Below are positions 1 to 7,949 of a stretch of 64,000 nt of DNA, one piece after another. The position numbers and the translations under genes are program-made. The stretch lies in IMG/VR virus record IMGVR_UViG_3300010885_025649, positions 148,498-212,497 of that record; one strand, 5' to 3'. The notes under the pieces are model-generated. The model was not told where the DNA came from. It saw nothing but the letters and a program-made list of their open reading frames with translations, and ran no database searches. Position 1 is the stretch's first letter. Every line of letters starts with the position of its first letter.

Positions 1-15
1 CCCTGGAAGCAATCC

Positions 16-303
16 TTAATCTTGTTTAGGTCGATCAGTTTTATAATAGTTCTCCAAGAACATATCTGCAGTATAATCAGGAAAGTACCACCGGATAAAA
101 GCTTCAAAGAAGGCAGGATCTGTATTCTCCTGAAACCATTCTTCTTCTTTGCCATTAATCACCAAGACAATACCATTCCCTTCACAGAAGAAGTGAGTGA
201 TGGAAGCTTTGGTAATCACCGTAGCGTATTGACCCTCCCCCAACCAAATAAAGGCAGCAGGGTGATCATGGTCACTTACAGTAAATCGCATTGGTATGTA
301 CAC
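16..303 (-). CDS. hypothetical phage protein
   Basis: ORF 16..315; GGAGG 5 nt before GTG at 303 suggests this start. Confidence 0.6.
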   Translation of the reverse strand: MYIPMRFTVSDHDHPAAFIWLGEGQYATVITKASITHFFCEGNGIVLVINGKEEEWFQENTDPAFFEAFIRWYFPDYTADMFLENYYKTDRPKQD

Positions 304-457
304 AGCAACCTCCAAGTAACGTGTATTAGAGGATTAACGTACCTCCAGAAGACTCTTACGAATCAACGCCGAATGCTAGATAGCAAGAGCACCCACACGA
401 TTGCAGCTTAATCTGTGAGGTTAGACTCAGGTCAATCAGGTGACCTTTAAATTGATC

Positions 458-853
458 TTAGCCTGGGATGGAGAGATACTCCCCATTCCCGAAGCGCTTG
501 ATCTGTTCAGGCAGCTCATCCAGAGCTATAGTTGGCCAATAGGGTTGTAAAACCCCCAAAGCTAAAGCGGCCTCCCACACCGCTTTATTATCAACCAAGG
601 GTAGCGTGACCAACACCTTGTGGTGCGCCGGGATGTCTTTGAGGTCTGATGGGTGACGGAGATAGAACTCCGCTCCCAGGTCTTCATCTTCGTCGAGATT
701 GGTGTGCCCTGGGCAGGGCTTGAATACCACCTGGGTCTGAGGATTCTGGCGGCGTGCCTCCTCCTCAGCTACAAGTTCACGGCTACGGACTTGAATGCGG
801 AGCTGGCGCTCCAATGGATACTCAGACATGATCTCTTGAACTGTACGTCCCAC
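458..853 (-). CDS. hypothetical protein, N-terminus resembles HigA/XRE-type antitoxin N-terminal helices
   Basis: MGRTVQEIMSEYPLERQLRIQVRSRELVAEE; GGAG upstream; no HTH follows. Confidence 0.5.
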   Translation of the reverse strand: MGRTVQEIMSEYPLERQLRIQVRSRELVAEEEARRQNPQTQVVFKPCPGHTNLDEDEDLGAEFYLRHPSDLKDIPAHHKVLVTLPLVDNKAVWEAALALGVLQPYWPTIALDELPEQIKRFGNGEYLSIPG

Positions 854-972
854 GAGTCTTCTCCAACTAGAGTTAGTAATGACCCGTCTCAGTATCGTCC
901 CCCAGGCGAGGCCGGATCAAGCGCCCTGGGTGTACGGCTAGGAGTTAAAGGCATCCAAGCTAGCCTGCTAAA

Positions 973-1260
973 CTAAGAGAAACTGTCTAACATAGCCTGC
1001 ACAGCAGCATAGTCCTCTCCCATAAGCTGCTGTAACAGCGGCTCATAGTTAGAGTTACTATACCAACCTGCCAAAGCAAGGCTGAGGGCTTGACGTTGCC
1101 GACTACTCAGGTGAGCAATGTCTGCCTCACAAAGGCAGATATCTAGTAGGCCAGCTTGACCAAAAACATTATCCCACAGAGGGAATGCTACCGCTGCAGG
1201 CCAACGGCGGCATCCGGTCTCCTTCTGGATCTTATCAATCAACTGTTCAACTAATTCCAT
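973..1260 (-). CDS. hypothetical protein
   Basis: 95 aa ORF, AGGAG upstream. Confidence 0.65.
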   Translation of the reverse strand: MELVEQLIDKIQKETGCRRWPAAVAFPLWDNVFGQAGLLDICLCEADIAHLSSRQRQALSLALAGWYSNSNYEPLLQQLMGEDYAAVQAMLDSFS

Positions 1261-1322
1261 GATGATCTCCTAAAGTAATGTAAACAAGTATTATTAATTC
1301 AACTCCCCTAGGAGAGCATGTA

Positions 1323-1393
1323 ACCAATACCCCAGTCAGGAGTCGAACCTGACTGACTGCCTTTGCTAGAGGGAGTCACCGGATGGGGTTGGT
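1323..1393 (-). ncRNA. D-armless tRNA-like structure
   Basis: Minus strand: ACCCCA/TGGGGT stem, GTCAGG-TTCGACT-CCTGAC T-arm, hairpin with loop CTAGCAA; no D-arm, no encoded CCA. Confidence 0.45.
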
Positions 1394-1409
1394 GCTCTGT
1401 CATCTACAG

Positions 1410-1793
1410 TTAATTCCGGTAGAACCCTAAGCACCCAATGGGCTTAGGCTCAGTCGCACTCTTGTACACAGTGCCTCGAACAGTAAGTAGACGATCTGTG
1501 CGCAAGCCTAGCGCTTTACACGCGCTAACGTATAAGGCAGAGACCACGTAGTAATGATCGGTATCTTGTGGATAAGCATCCACCGATGTAAACTCAAACG
1601 TTTTGCATGGTATACCATAGACCGCCTCTGTAAAGCGTTCCTCTTGTTTAGCATTGAGGAGGGTACCCGATGGCTCAATAACTTGTGCAGCCACCTGACC
1701 ATCTTTTACAAGTAGCTTCCGAATCGAAGCATCAAATACAGTACTGTCCTCACGAAACAAGTTGATAATGTGCGGGGTCATGTTGTTGATCAT
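1410..1793 (-). CDS. conserved phage hypothetical protein (N.TPH.I / P.SG / YVVS pattern)
   Basis: 127 aa, AAGGAG RBS; motif pattern recalled from phage hypotheticals. Confidence 0.65.
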   Translation of the reverse strand: MINNMTPHIINLFREDSTVFDASIRKLLVKDGQVAAQVIEPSGTLLNAKQEERFTEAVYGIPCKTFEFTSVDAYPQDTDHYYVVSALYVSACKALGLRTDRLLTVRGTVYKSATEPKPIGCLGFYRN

Positions 1794-1904
1794 GTCAGCT
1801 CCTTTAAAGCAAGGTTTGTTCGCAGGGTTAGGAAACCTGCTCGCCTTGGTCGGTCCAAGGACGGCTCCTTTTATTTAAAGCCCGTGGAGTCAGGGCTGTT
1901 AGAT

Positions 1905-2216
1905 CTAAAGGATGTAACCATCCTTAGGCATGTTAGCCTGAAGGAATTCCAGAATTCGCTGCTGCTGTTGCTGCGTGGTTTTGGGGAAATGATTAAAGAT
2001 AGGTCGGCGCCCATCTTTGTTGTGGATAGAATCCACTCTGACAACAATTTGAGAATCGTTCTCCTCAAGAACCCCGCTTGTCTTGTACATCCCACCCCAA
2101 AGGTGGGGGAAGTACCAGGTTATAGCTTCCATCTCCAACGTCGCACCATTGAAACGCAGCTCGCTAATCCGAGCATTATCCCGTTCAACTAACTGTAAGT
2201 CAGTAACAATGTTCAC
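1905..2216 (-). CDS. hypothetical protein
   Basis: 103 aa, AAGGAG before GTG. Confidence 0.65.
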   Translation of the reverse strand: MNIVTDLQLVERDNARISELRFNGATLEMEAITWYFPHLWGGMYKTSGVLEENDSQIVVRVDSIHNKDGRRPIFNHFPKTTQQQQQRILEFLQANMPKDGYIL

Positions 2217-2345
2217 GATGCTCTCCTTATCCCGTATCGTGGGTATCCGCCAGTCAGGTCAGACTGGATGACCAGGGCTTAGGACCTGGACCCCAGCAGG
2301 TGCTAGGGTGACCTTCATGCCTACCGGAGCAGGCACCCTTCGGTA

Positions 2346-2534
2346 TTAAGTTGCAGATTCAATAGTATATTGAAGTTTATGAGCTATTGCGTATGCTATA
2401 ACTCCTTCAGCTTCCTTTTCATCAAGAGCGCACCGATCCTCATAATGGCTAGTTAGCCAAAAGCACCGCTCTGATAAAGTAATAACCCAACCATTCAAGA
2501 CTTTGTTCCCCACCAACAAAATGGCGTATTTCAC
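2346..2534 (-). CDS. hypothetical protein
   Basis: 62 aa, AAGGAG before GTG. Confidence 0.6.
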   Translation of the reverse strand: MKYAILLVGNKVLNGWVITLSERCFWLTSHYEDRCALDEKEAEGVIAYAIAHKLQYTIESAT

Positions 2535-2583
2535 AGCGCTCTCCTTTTGTTCCGCAACGTGCTTAGGGGCGCATGCACAATAA

Positions 2584-2783
2584 GCCCTCAGTCCAGCAAC
2601 ACCAAGGGGTGCTGCTACACCACAGCGCTCCGGGGTTTACCCCTGTCATGCTGCAATGCTGGAGGCCCGAGCCGTACTCCTGGCCAGACCTCCAAAACCC
2701 TCAAGAGGATTTGGCTGTTAACCCTCAGGGGAGCCAGCCCCCCAGGAGGAAGGCTGTTTGGGCCGAAGGCGAAGACTGAGGGC
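2584..2783 (-). ncRNA. candidate ~200-nt multibranch structured RNA
   Basis: 10-bp closing inverted repeat GCCCTCAGTC (2584-2593)/GACTGAGGGC (2774-2783) enclosing about 7 hairpins; no credible minus-strand ORF. Confidence 0.55.
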
Positions 2784-2849
2784 GAAACTTCGGGTCGGTA
2801 CTAATAAAAGGGTCGGTAGACCCTAGGGAAACTAGGATAATCTACCGAC
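2784..2849 (-). promoter_or_regulatory. junction J1: terminator hairpin (CCTAG-GGAAA-CTAGG family) plus motif, second variant motif
   Basis: GTCGGTAGA..TCTACCGAC immediately after RNAP stop. Confidence 0.7.
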
Positions 2850-2859
2850 GCGTTAAGTG

Positions 2860-5667
2860 TTAGTCAATGCCTAGGTCAACCACACGGTTATATTCTGCTA
2901 CAACTTGTTTCTCCACCCCAAGGGTCAGAGCCACAAAGTAGAAGAAGCCTAGGTGTTTGATGCTACCTTCTCCTTGTTTAACCTTATCTGCTGTAAGAGC
3001 AGTAAAGTACAGGAGTTGGTCCTCAGAGAAGCCAAGAGTGTAAGCTTGAAGCTTATGCTCAATAGCAACCATGAGCGCACCATAGTTAGCCCCTTGAGAC
3101 ACTTGATCAAGGAGGATACGGTAGTCCACCTCAATAGCCTTATAGGCAACCCGAACATCTTCATACTCATCAGTGGGCAGAGCTTGACCCATGATCTCCC
3201 AGCGAGAGAGGTTAGAGGTCAAGGTATCCACATCAAGTACAGGATGCTCAGTCAAGTTGGTGAGGGTTGACCACACGTAGTCTGCTACGTGACCATAGCC
3301 TAGAGAACGAATCTCCGCCAAGTGGGGAGACAATTTCTCATAGGTGGTAGCTTCTGCCACAGCCAAAGCCCGTGCTTTGGTAGCAGTAAAGCCTTGATCA
3401 CGCAGCTCATTAACCCGATCTACCAGCCCATGATCTTTCCACACTTCCTTAAGGTGGGAAATAGCACTAAGGATTGGGCTGATATCTTTGTAGGGCATTT
3501 CACCCACGCCACCCAAAGCTTTCCACAACTTAGTAGCTTCAAGACGAAAGGCATGTAAGCTCAAAGAGCTATCAACCGTCTTCTTCATGCTGTTGAGGAC
3601 CGCTTGGATGTAACGAGCGAACTTGAACCTGATAGATGGCACCGCGCCTTCAGCACCGCTATCATCACCTTTGGTAAAGGCGGCAATCAGACCTGCACTA
3701 TGGTACAGGAACATCAAGGCCTTACCGAGGTTAACAGCGACGCCCACTTTAGCATCCCCTTCTTTGACCACCATAGCCATGACGTTCTTCCACGTAGAGT
3801 CTCCACTATTGGAGTGCTCAGTCTTCGTGGTAAGCGAACCATGGTTGCTGATGCGGGTATCATTTAGGGTAAGGAACTCAGGTAAGATCCCCCCTTCACA
3901 ATCCCCGTCAAAGTCACCTTGAATTTGCCCTTGAGTATAGGGAGTCATCAAGAACGCTGTTTGCTCGCCATGATCAATGACCTTTAAGGCCACCCAGCTA
4001 AAGTCAAACAACGCGGGTGCGCGATGGAAGATCATCACAGAACCCAGGGGGTATTTCCCTTTCAGTTCTGCTGGAACAATTACTTCATCATCTTTAATCC
4101 CGGTGTGGGGTAGGATGGGAAGATTGTATCCAGGCAAGCGATGAGTCAACATACGCTTCTTGAAGGCGTTAGTGAACTCGCTTGTGACATCTTCAAGGAT
4201 GGACTTGGCCAGCGGAAGACCAGCAGCTTGCATACGTAAGGCTAAACCTTGCGTACCAAACTGAGAACCGGCCTCATGCTCTTTGGCCAACGTGAGGAAC
4301 TTGCCCTCATCCCAGAGCTTAGCCATCGCTTGCACCTCTGCAAGAGAGGATACATGGTAGGCAGCTTTTAACTCAGGGTGGGCAAGAGTATCCATGAAGC
4401 GCAGATCTACCCCAAAGTTCAGAAGAGTCTGACGGGGATTAATCCACACGTTCATGATCAACAGTTCCTCAGGTTTGAGGGTGAGCTGATCCCCGTGCTT
4501 GGGCAAAGCGGCACCTTTTGCGCATTGGGTGAAAGCCTCCACAATAAAGCACAAAGAAGCCTCAGGATTGATCTCACGCGCCGCTGCTACCAAGCGTTTC
4601 TGCTTGTGATCAGTAGGCTTATTGATCATACCTTTGGCATTCAACATGCCGTGGTTAAGGAGAGCCGTACCTTGAGCAGGCGTGCAGGTATGCCCCACAG
4701 CCTCAAAGATTTGCTCATCATCAACCACTAACGCAAAGGGGCCATCCATGCTGACCTTGTATTTAATGCCAAGCTCTTTCGCGCTGACAAATACAATGTT
4801 AGCCAGGGAATGAAACAGGGGCGCACCAGGACGAAGGAGCGTTCTAGCCAGTTTATTAGCTAGGGCTGCATCCTCAGTCTGCTGAGGTTTATCTGTCCAC
4901 ACATAGGTCCCAGATGCACCTTTAACCCCTAACAGGTATGGGTGATTAGGGAACGCTGCATGAGCATGCTCAGCAACAGGAGCCATGAAATGCTCTTTGC
5001 CTACATAGGCTTGAGTCAGTTCCGCGCTTTCGATCTGGTACGTTGAAATAGGCTTGTTGGCCCGCACCGCTTCTGCCTCAGCCTTCTTAACGGCCTCATG
5101 ATCTTTGAGGACACTAGCTTTATAATCAAACATGTCAGCGCCCGTAGGACGACCAACTTGTTGAGTAATCAAGCCATTCTCAAACACCATAGGTTTGTAC
5201 CATCCGGCCGCAAATGGGTCAGAGGTTTTAACCTTAGGCAACGGTTTCTGTGGCTGATTGAACGCACCCTTGGTAAAGCTGATGCTATCTTTCCGCGTTA
5301 CTTCAGAAGCATGTGCTTCTTTTTCACACGGGAATTTCACATCAGCATAAGCCCGAGGGAAGGGGCGCTCTTGCTGAGTCCATGCGCGCACTACGCCGTT
5401 GTGGAGCTTCTTAACGCTAACAATCTTATCCAGATTACCATCAGCTTCGATCTTATACAAGATCTTAGCGACAGAGCTGAATGCAGACTGCGGCATTTTG
5501 AAGCCGTCAATAAAGAGGATAGGGTTACCCCGATCATCCCGGACGATTTCCACAAGGTGCGACGAGATAGCCTTCTTGTAGAAGAAGTCAATCACGTAGC
5601 TGCGTACAATCTCATCGGTCTCGGAGACCAATTGAATGCGCGCTTTGACGTTCATGGTTTTAGCCAT
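2860..5667 (-). CDS. single-chain two-barrel RNA polymerase (YonO/cellular-RdRP-like)
   Basis: ILPHTGIKDDEVIVP...VMIFHRAPAL...QGDFDGD (DFDGD at 3901-3915); upstream SMDG...PAQG...NAKG fits the second barrel. Confidence 0.85.
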   Translation of the reverse strand: MAKTMNVKARIQLVSETDEIVRSYVIDFFYKKAISSHLVEIVRDDRGNPILFIDGFKMPQSAFSSVAKILYKIEADGNLDKIVSVKKLHNGVVRAWTQQERPFPRAYADVKFPCEKEAHASEVTRKDSISFTKGAFNQPQKPLPKVKTSDPFAAGWYKPMVFENGLITQQVGRPTGADMFDYKASVLKDHEAVKKAEAEAVRANKPISTYQIESAELTQAYVGKEHFMAPVAEHAHAAFPNHPYLLGVKGASGTYVWTDKPQQTEDAALANKLARTLLRPGAPLFHSLANIVFVSAKELGIKYKVSMDGPFALVVDDEQIFEAVGHTCTPAQGTALLNHGMLNAKGMINKPTDHKQKRLVAAAREINPEASLCFIVEAFTQCAKGAALPKHGDQLTLKPEELLIMNVWINPRQTLLNFGVDLRFMDTLAHPELKAAYHVSSLAEVQAMAKLWDEGKFLTLAKEHEAGSQFGTQGLALRMQAAGLPLAKSILEDVTSEFTNAFKKRMLTHRLPGYNLPILPHTGIKDDEVIVPAELKGKYPLGSVMIFHRAPALFDFSWVALKVIDHGEQTAFLMTPYTQGQIQGDFDGDCEGGILPEFLTLNDTRISNHGSLTTKTEHSNSGDSTWKNVMAMVVKEGDAKVGVAVNLGKALMFLYHSAGLIAAFTKGDDSGAEGAVPSIRFKFARYIQAVLNSMKKTVDSSLSLHAFRLEATKLWKALGGVGEMPYKDISPILSAISHLKEVWKDHGLVDRVNELRDQGFTATKARALAVAEATTYEKLSPHLAEIRSLGYGHVADYVWSTLTNLTEHPVLDVDTLTSNLSRWEIMGQALPTDEYEDVRVAYKAIEVDYRILLDQVSQGANYGALMVAIEHKLQAYTLGFSEDQLLYFTALTADKVKQGEGSIKHLGFFYFVALTLGVEKQVVAEYNRVVDLGID

Positions 5668-5705
5668 GAGTTGGTATTCTCCTTACTAGTGATAGCTTAG
5701 TTGAG

Positions 5706-6281
5706 TTACGCAGCCAATTTGACTGCAAACGCAACAAGGCTAGCAAAGGTGTCTTTGGTGACAACCTTTTTAGCTGCAGGCTCCTTCACTTTAGTAGCAG
5801 AAGCTACCGCAGTAAAGAGTGGCACGGCCACCATTTTGATTTGGCGAGCCGCCCAAGCAGCCGCAGATGCAGCTACTTGTTTGCGTGCCACGCTGGCCGC
5901 TACTTGAGCGCGACGGACTTGCGCCCGCGCAGTCAATACCGCCTGAGCCTTGCGGCACAGTTTGGTGAGCTTATTAACCAACTTGGCTACGGTAGCACCC
6001 AGCAAGCGCTGTTGCGCCCACTGGTACATACCTTTAGTAGCCAGGGCTTTAAGCCCCTTGTTAGCCCGGGCCAACACGGCTTTCACCGCATTGGTTGGTA
6101 GGCTCGCCACGTTACCGTGGAAAGCCCCTTGTTCCGCAACTGCAAGGGCAGCACGAAAAGTAACCGATTTGGCCAGAGTGGCCTTAATGCTGGCCGCTTT
6201 AGCGACCTTTAAAGCCGTAGCTGCAGAGCAGCCACGGAAAGCCACCATATAGGCGGCTAAGTTGTTAACTGTGTTTGACAT
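5706..6281 (-). CDS. Ala/Lys-rich basic protein, possibly nucleic-acid binding
   Basis: 191 aa, very few acidic residues; AAGGAG RBS; directly upstream of RNAP gene. Confidence 0.65.
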   Translation of the reverse strand: MSNTVNNLAAYMVAFRGCSAATALKVAKAASIKATLAKSVTFRAALAVAEQGAFHGNVASLPTNAVKAVLARANKGLKALATKGMYQWAQQRLLGATVAKLVNKLTKLCRKAQAVLTARAQVRRAQVAASVARKQVAASAAAWAARQIKMVAVPLFTAVASATKVKEPAAKKVVTKDTFASLVAFAVKLAA

Positions 6282-6342
6282 GGTTTATTCGCTCCTTTAA
6301 AGTAACGGGTTACCACAACCCACACGCCCAGAAGGAGGGGTG

Positions 6343-6356
6343 CAAATAAAAAGTCG
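6343..6356 (-). promoter_or_regulatory. junction J2: motif without hairpin
   Basis: CGACTTTTTATTTG upstream of the basic protein/RNAP pair. Confidence 0.65.
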
Positions 6357-6388
6357 GTAACCAAAAGGAGCAACCACATACACAATAA

Positions 6389-6487
6389 CTATTGAAGCTT
6401 ATACTTGGGTCGTTCTAAGGGGCCGACCAAACCTCCACGGTCAACAGCAATCACCAAACCGAGCTCAACACTGCTAACAACAGTCAT
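6389..6487 (-). CDS. 32-aa small protein
   Basis: AAGGAGG then MTVVSSVELGLVIAVDRGGLVGPLERPKYKLQ*; translated by hand. Confidence 0.45.
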   Translation of the reverse strand: MTVVSSVELGLVIAVDRGGLVGPLERPKYKLQ

Positions 6488-6547
6488 GTCTAATCCTCCT
6501 TCAAGAATAGGCAGAGAGAAGGCTCCCTGCCTACAAGTTAAAGGAGT

Positions 6548-6844
6548 TTATTTGGCAACAAATTCCCTGCAACCTCTATCTACACTGTGCGGATTAACCG
6601 CACACGACAACGCGGAGCTAAAGCTGTAATACTTACAGCCATAACAAGGCCTTAAAGCCTTTACAATCTCCCAGTCTTCCTCCGAACAGTAGCCTGAGGC
6701 TAGAAAGAAACTAACCTCCTGCTCCGCATACTCAGCTTGACGCTCTTCCTCTTGAGCACAGAGAAGGGCAAGGGCATCAGCCATAATCTCCCCTTGAGAT
6801 TGATCTTTGATTCCCTGTGCTTCAGCGTGTGTGTAGTAACCCAT
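6548..6844 (-). CDS. protein with C-terminal CxxC..CAVNP..C domain (DUF6464-like)
   Basis: CYGCKYYSFSSALSCAVNPHSVDRGCREF. Confidence 0.65.
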   Translation of the reverse strand: MGYYTHAEAQGIKDQSQGEIMADALALLCAQEEERQAEYAEQEVSFFLASGYCSEEDWEIVKALRPCYGCKYYSFSSALSCAVNPHSVDRGCREFVAK

Positions 6845-6877
6845 GGTGCATCTCCATTACGCCACAAATCGAGGTGG

Positions 6878-6948
6878 CTAAATAAAGAGTCGGTATATAC
6901 AGAAAGAAAGTCGTTAACTCCTAGGGAAACTAGGATAAGTTAACGACT
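6878..6948 (-). promoter_or_regulatory. junction J3: hairpin plus tandem motifs
   Basis: AGTCGTTAACT-CCTAGGGAAACTAGG-ATA-AGTTAACGACT. Confidence 0.75.
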
Positions 6949-6955
6949 AGATTAA

Positions 6956-7261
6956 TTAAGCGGTGTAATAGTCAACTACAACCAAATTGCCTTTCAAGAA
7001 GGCAACAAGATCATAGTACTCGCCTTTATTAACATAAATCAAAACCTTCTTAGCCCCAAGAGCCAAGAAAGCTTGAAGCATTTCGCATGCGGTTGCATGT
7101 GAGAGGTTTTTGAACTTGGTGCGATTAGCACCAGTGTTGTAATCTTGCTTAGCCGCACGGAAGCGATTATGCTTGAGGACTAGCACTTGGCGATCCTCCA
7201 CCTCTGAAAACGAGATGCAAAAGGTCAACGCTGGGGTGATAACATTATGTTCTTGTAACAT
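6956..7261 (-). CDS. hypothetical protein
   Basis: ATG at 7261 after GGAGAG; the longer ORF-track start runs through the leader repeat. Confidence 0.65.
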   Translation of the reverse strand: MLQEHNVITPALTFCISFSEVEDRQVLVLKHNRFRAAKQDYNTGANRTKFKNLSHATACEMLQAFLALGAKKVLIYVNKGEYYDLVAFLKGNLVVVDYYTA

Positions 7262-7300
7262 GTGTCTCTCCAATAAGCCGCCTTTAAAAGAGGGCGAACT

Positions 7301-7329
7301 CAAATAAAGAGTCGGGGTTTCCCCCGACT
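7301..7329 (-). promoter_or_regulatory. junction J4: short hairpin plus motif
   Basis: CAAATAAAG-AGTCGGGG-TTTC-CCCCGACT. Confidence 0.75.
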
Positions 7330-7336
7330 TGTTTAT

Positions 7337-7504
7337 TTAGATCTTACCATTCTTAAGAATGGCCTCCTCCCATTCTTGCATAGCCATCCCGAAGACGATC
7401 TCCTGATCATCTTCAGGCGCAGCAGCGGCTGCTGCATATGCTTTGCACACTAGCATAAATAACAACCACTGCTGAGCAGTGGGAGTTACACAATAAACTC
7501 TCAT
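7337..7504 (-). CDS. 55-aa small protein
   Basis: GGAGAG then MRVYCVTPTAQQWLLFMLVCK...NGKI*; translated by hand. Confidence 0.6.
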   Translation of the reverse strand: MRVYCVTPTAQQWLLFMLVCKAYAAAAAAPEDDQEIVFGMAMQEWEEAILKNGKI

Positions 7505-7541
7505 GTTCTCTCCAATAAGCCACCTTTAAAAGAGGGTAGCT

Positions 7542-7555
7542 CAAATAAAGAGTCG
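7542..7555 (-). promoter_or_regulatory. junction J5: motif without hairpin
   Basis: CGACTCTTTATTTG. Confidence 0.65.
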
Positions 7556-7597
7556 CGTTATCACACACAATAATTATGGAACTCTATACTTGGGTCG

Positions 7598-7675
7598 TTA
7601 TAGGTAGGCAACAGCCACACCAACGCTAGCGTTAACCAAACTAAACATGTAACAACTAATCAAAAGCCTGCTCAT
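7598..7675 (-). CDS. 25-aa hydrophobic peptide
   Basis: GGAGG then MSRLLISCYMFSLVNASVGVAVAYL*. Confidence 0.4.
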   Translation of the reverse strand: MSRLLISCYMFSLVNASVGVAVAYL

Positions 7676-7728
7676 GATTAACCCTCCAAAGTAAGTGGGA
7701 GGAAGGCCCCCCACTTTAGACAGGTTAA

Positions 7729-7872
7729 TTATTTCTTAGCTGCGGCAGCTTCTTCATCACGCTCATCTTGAAGCCATTGCTCCCAGTAAGCATCCATCTG
7801 GAGCTTATGAATCCACAGATTCCAAGCCAGTGTGTGGTTCACCAACTTGACAATCATCTTCACTTTAGTCAT
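7729..7872 (-). CDS. 47-aa small protein
   Basis: GGAGAG then MTKVKMIVKLVNHTLAWNLW...AAAAKK*. Confidence 0.6.
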   Translation of the reverse strand: MTKVKMIVKLVNHTLAWNLWIHKLQMDAYWEQWLQDERDEEAAAAKK

Positions 7873-7910
7873 GGTACTCTCCAATGACTCACCTTTAAAA
7901 GAGGGCAAGT

Positions 7911-7940
7911 CAAAGAAAAGGTCGGGATTTCTCCCAACCT
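7911..7940 (-). promoter_or_regulatory. junction J6
   Basis: CAAAGAAA-AGGTCGGGA-TTTC-TCCCAACCT. Confidence 0.7.
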
Positions 7941-7949
7941 TTTAATCAA

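Noticed and set aside
1323-1393. Functional tRNA-Ala(AGC)
   Set aside because: No D-arm, no G3-U70 identity pair and a mismatch in the anticodon stem; kept only as a tRNA-like element
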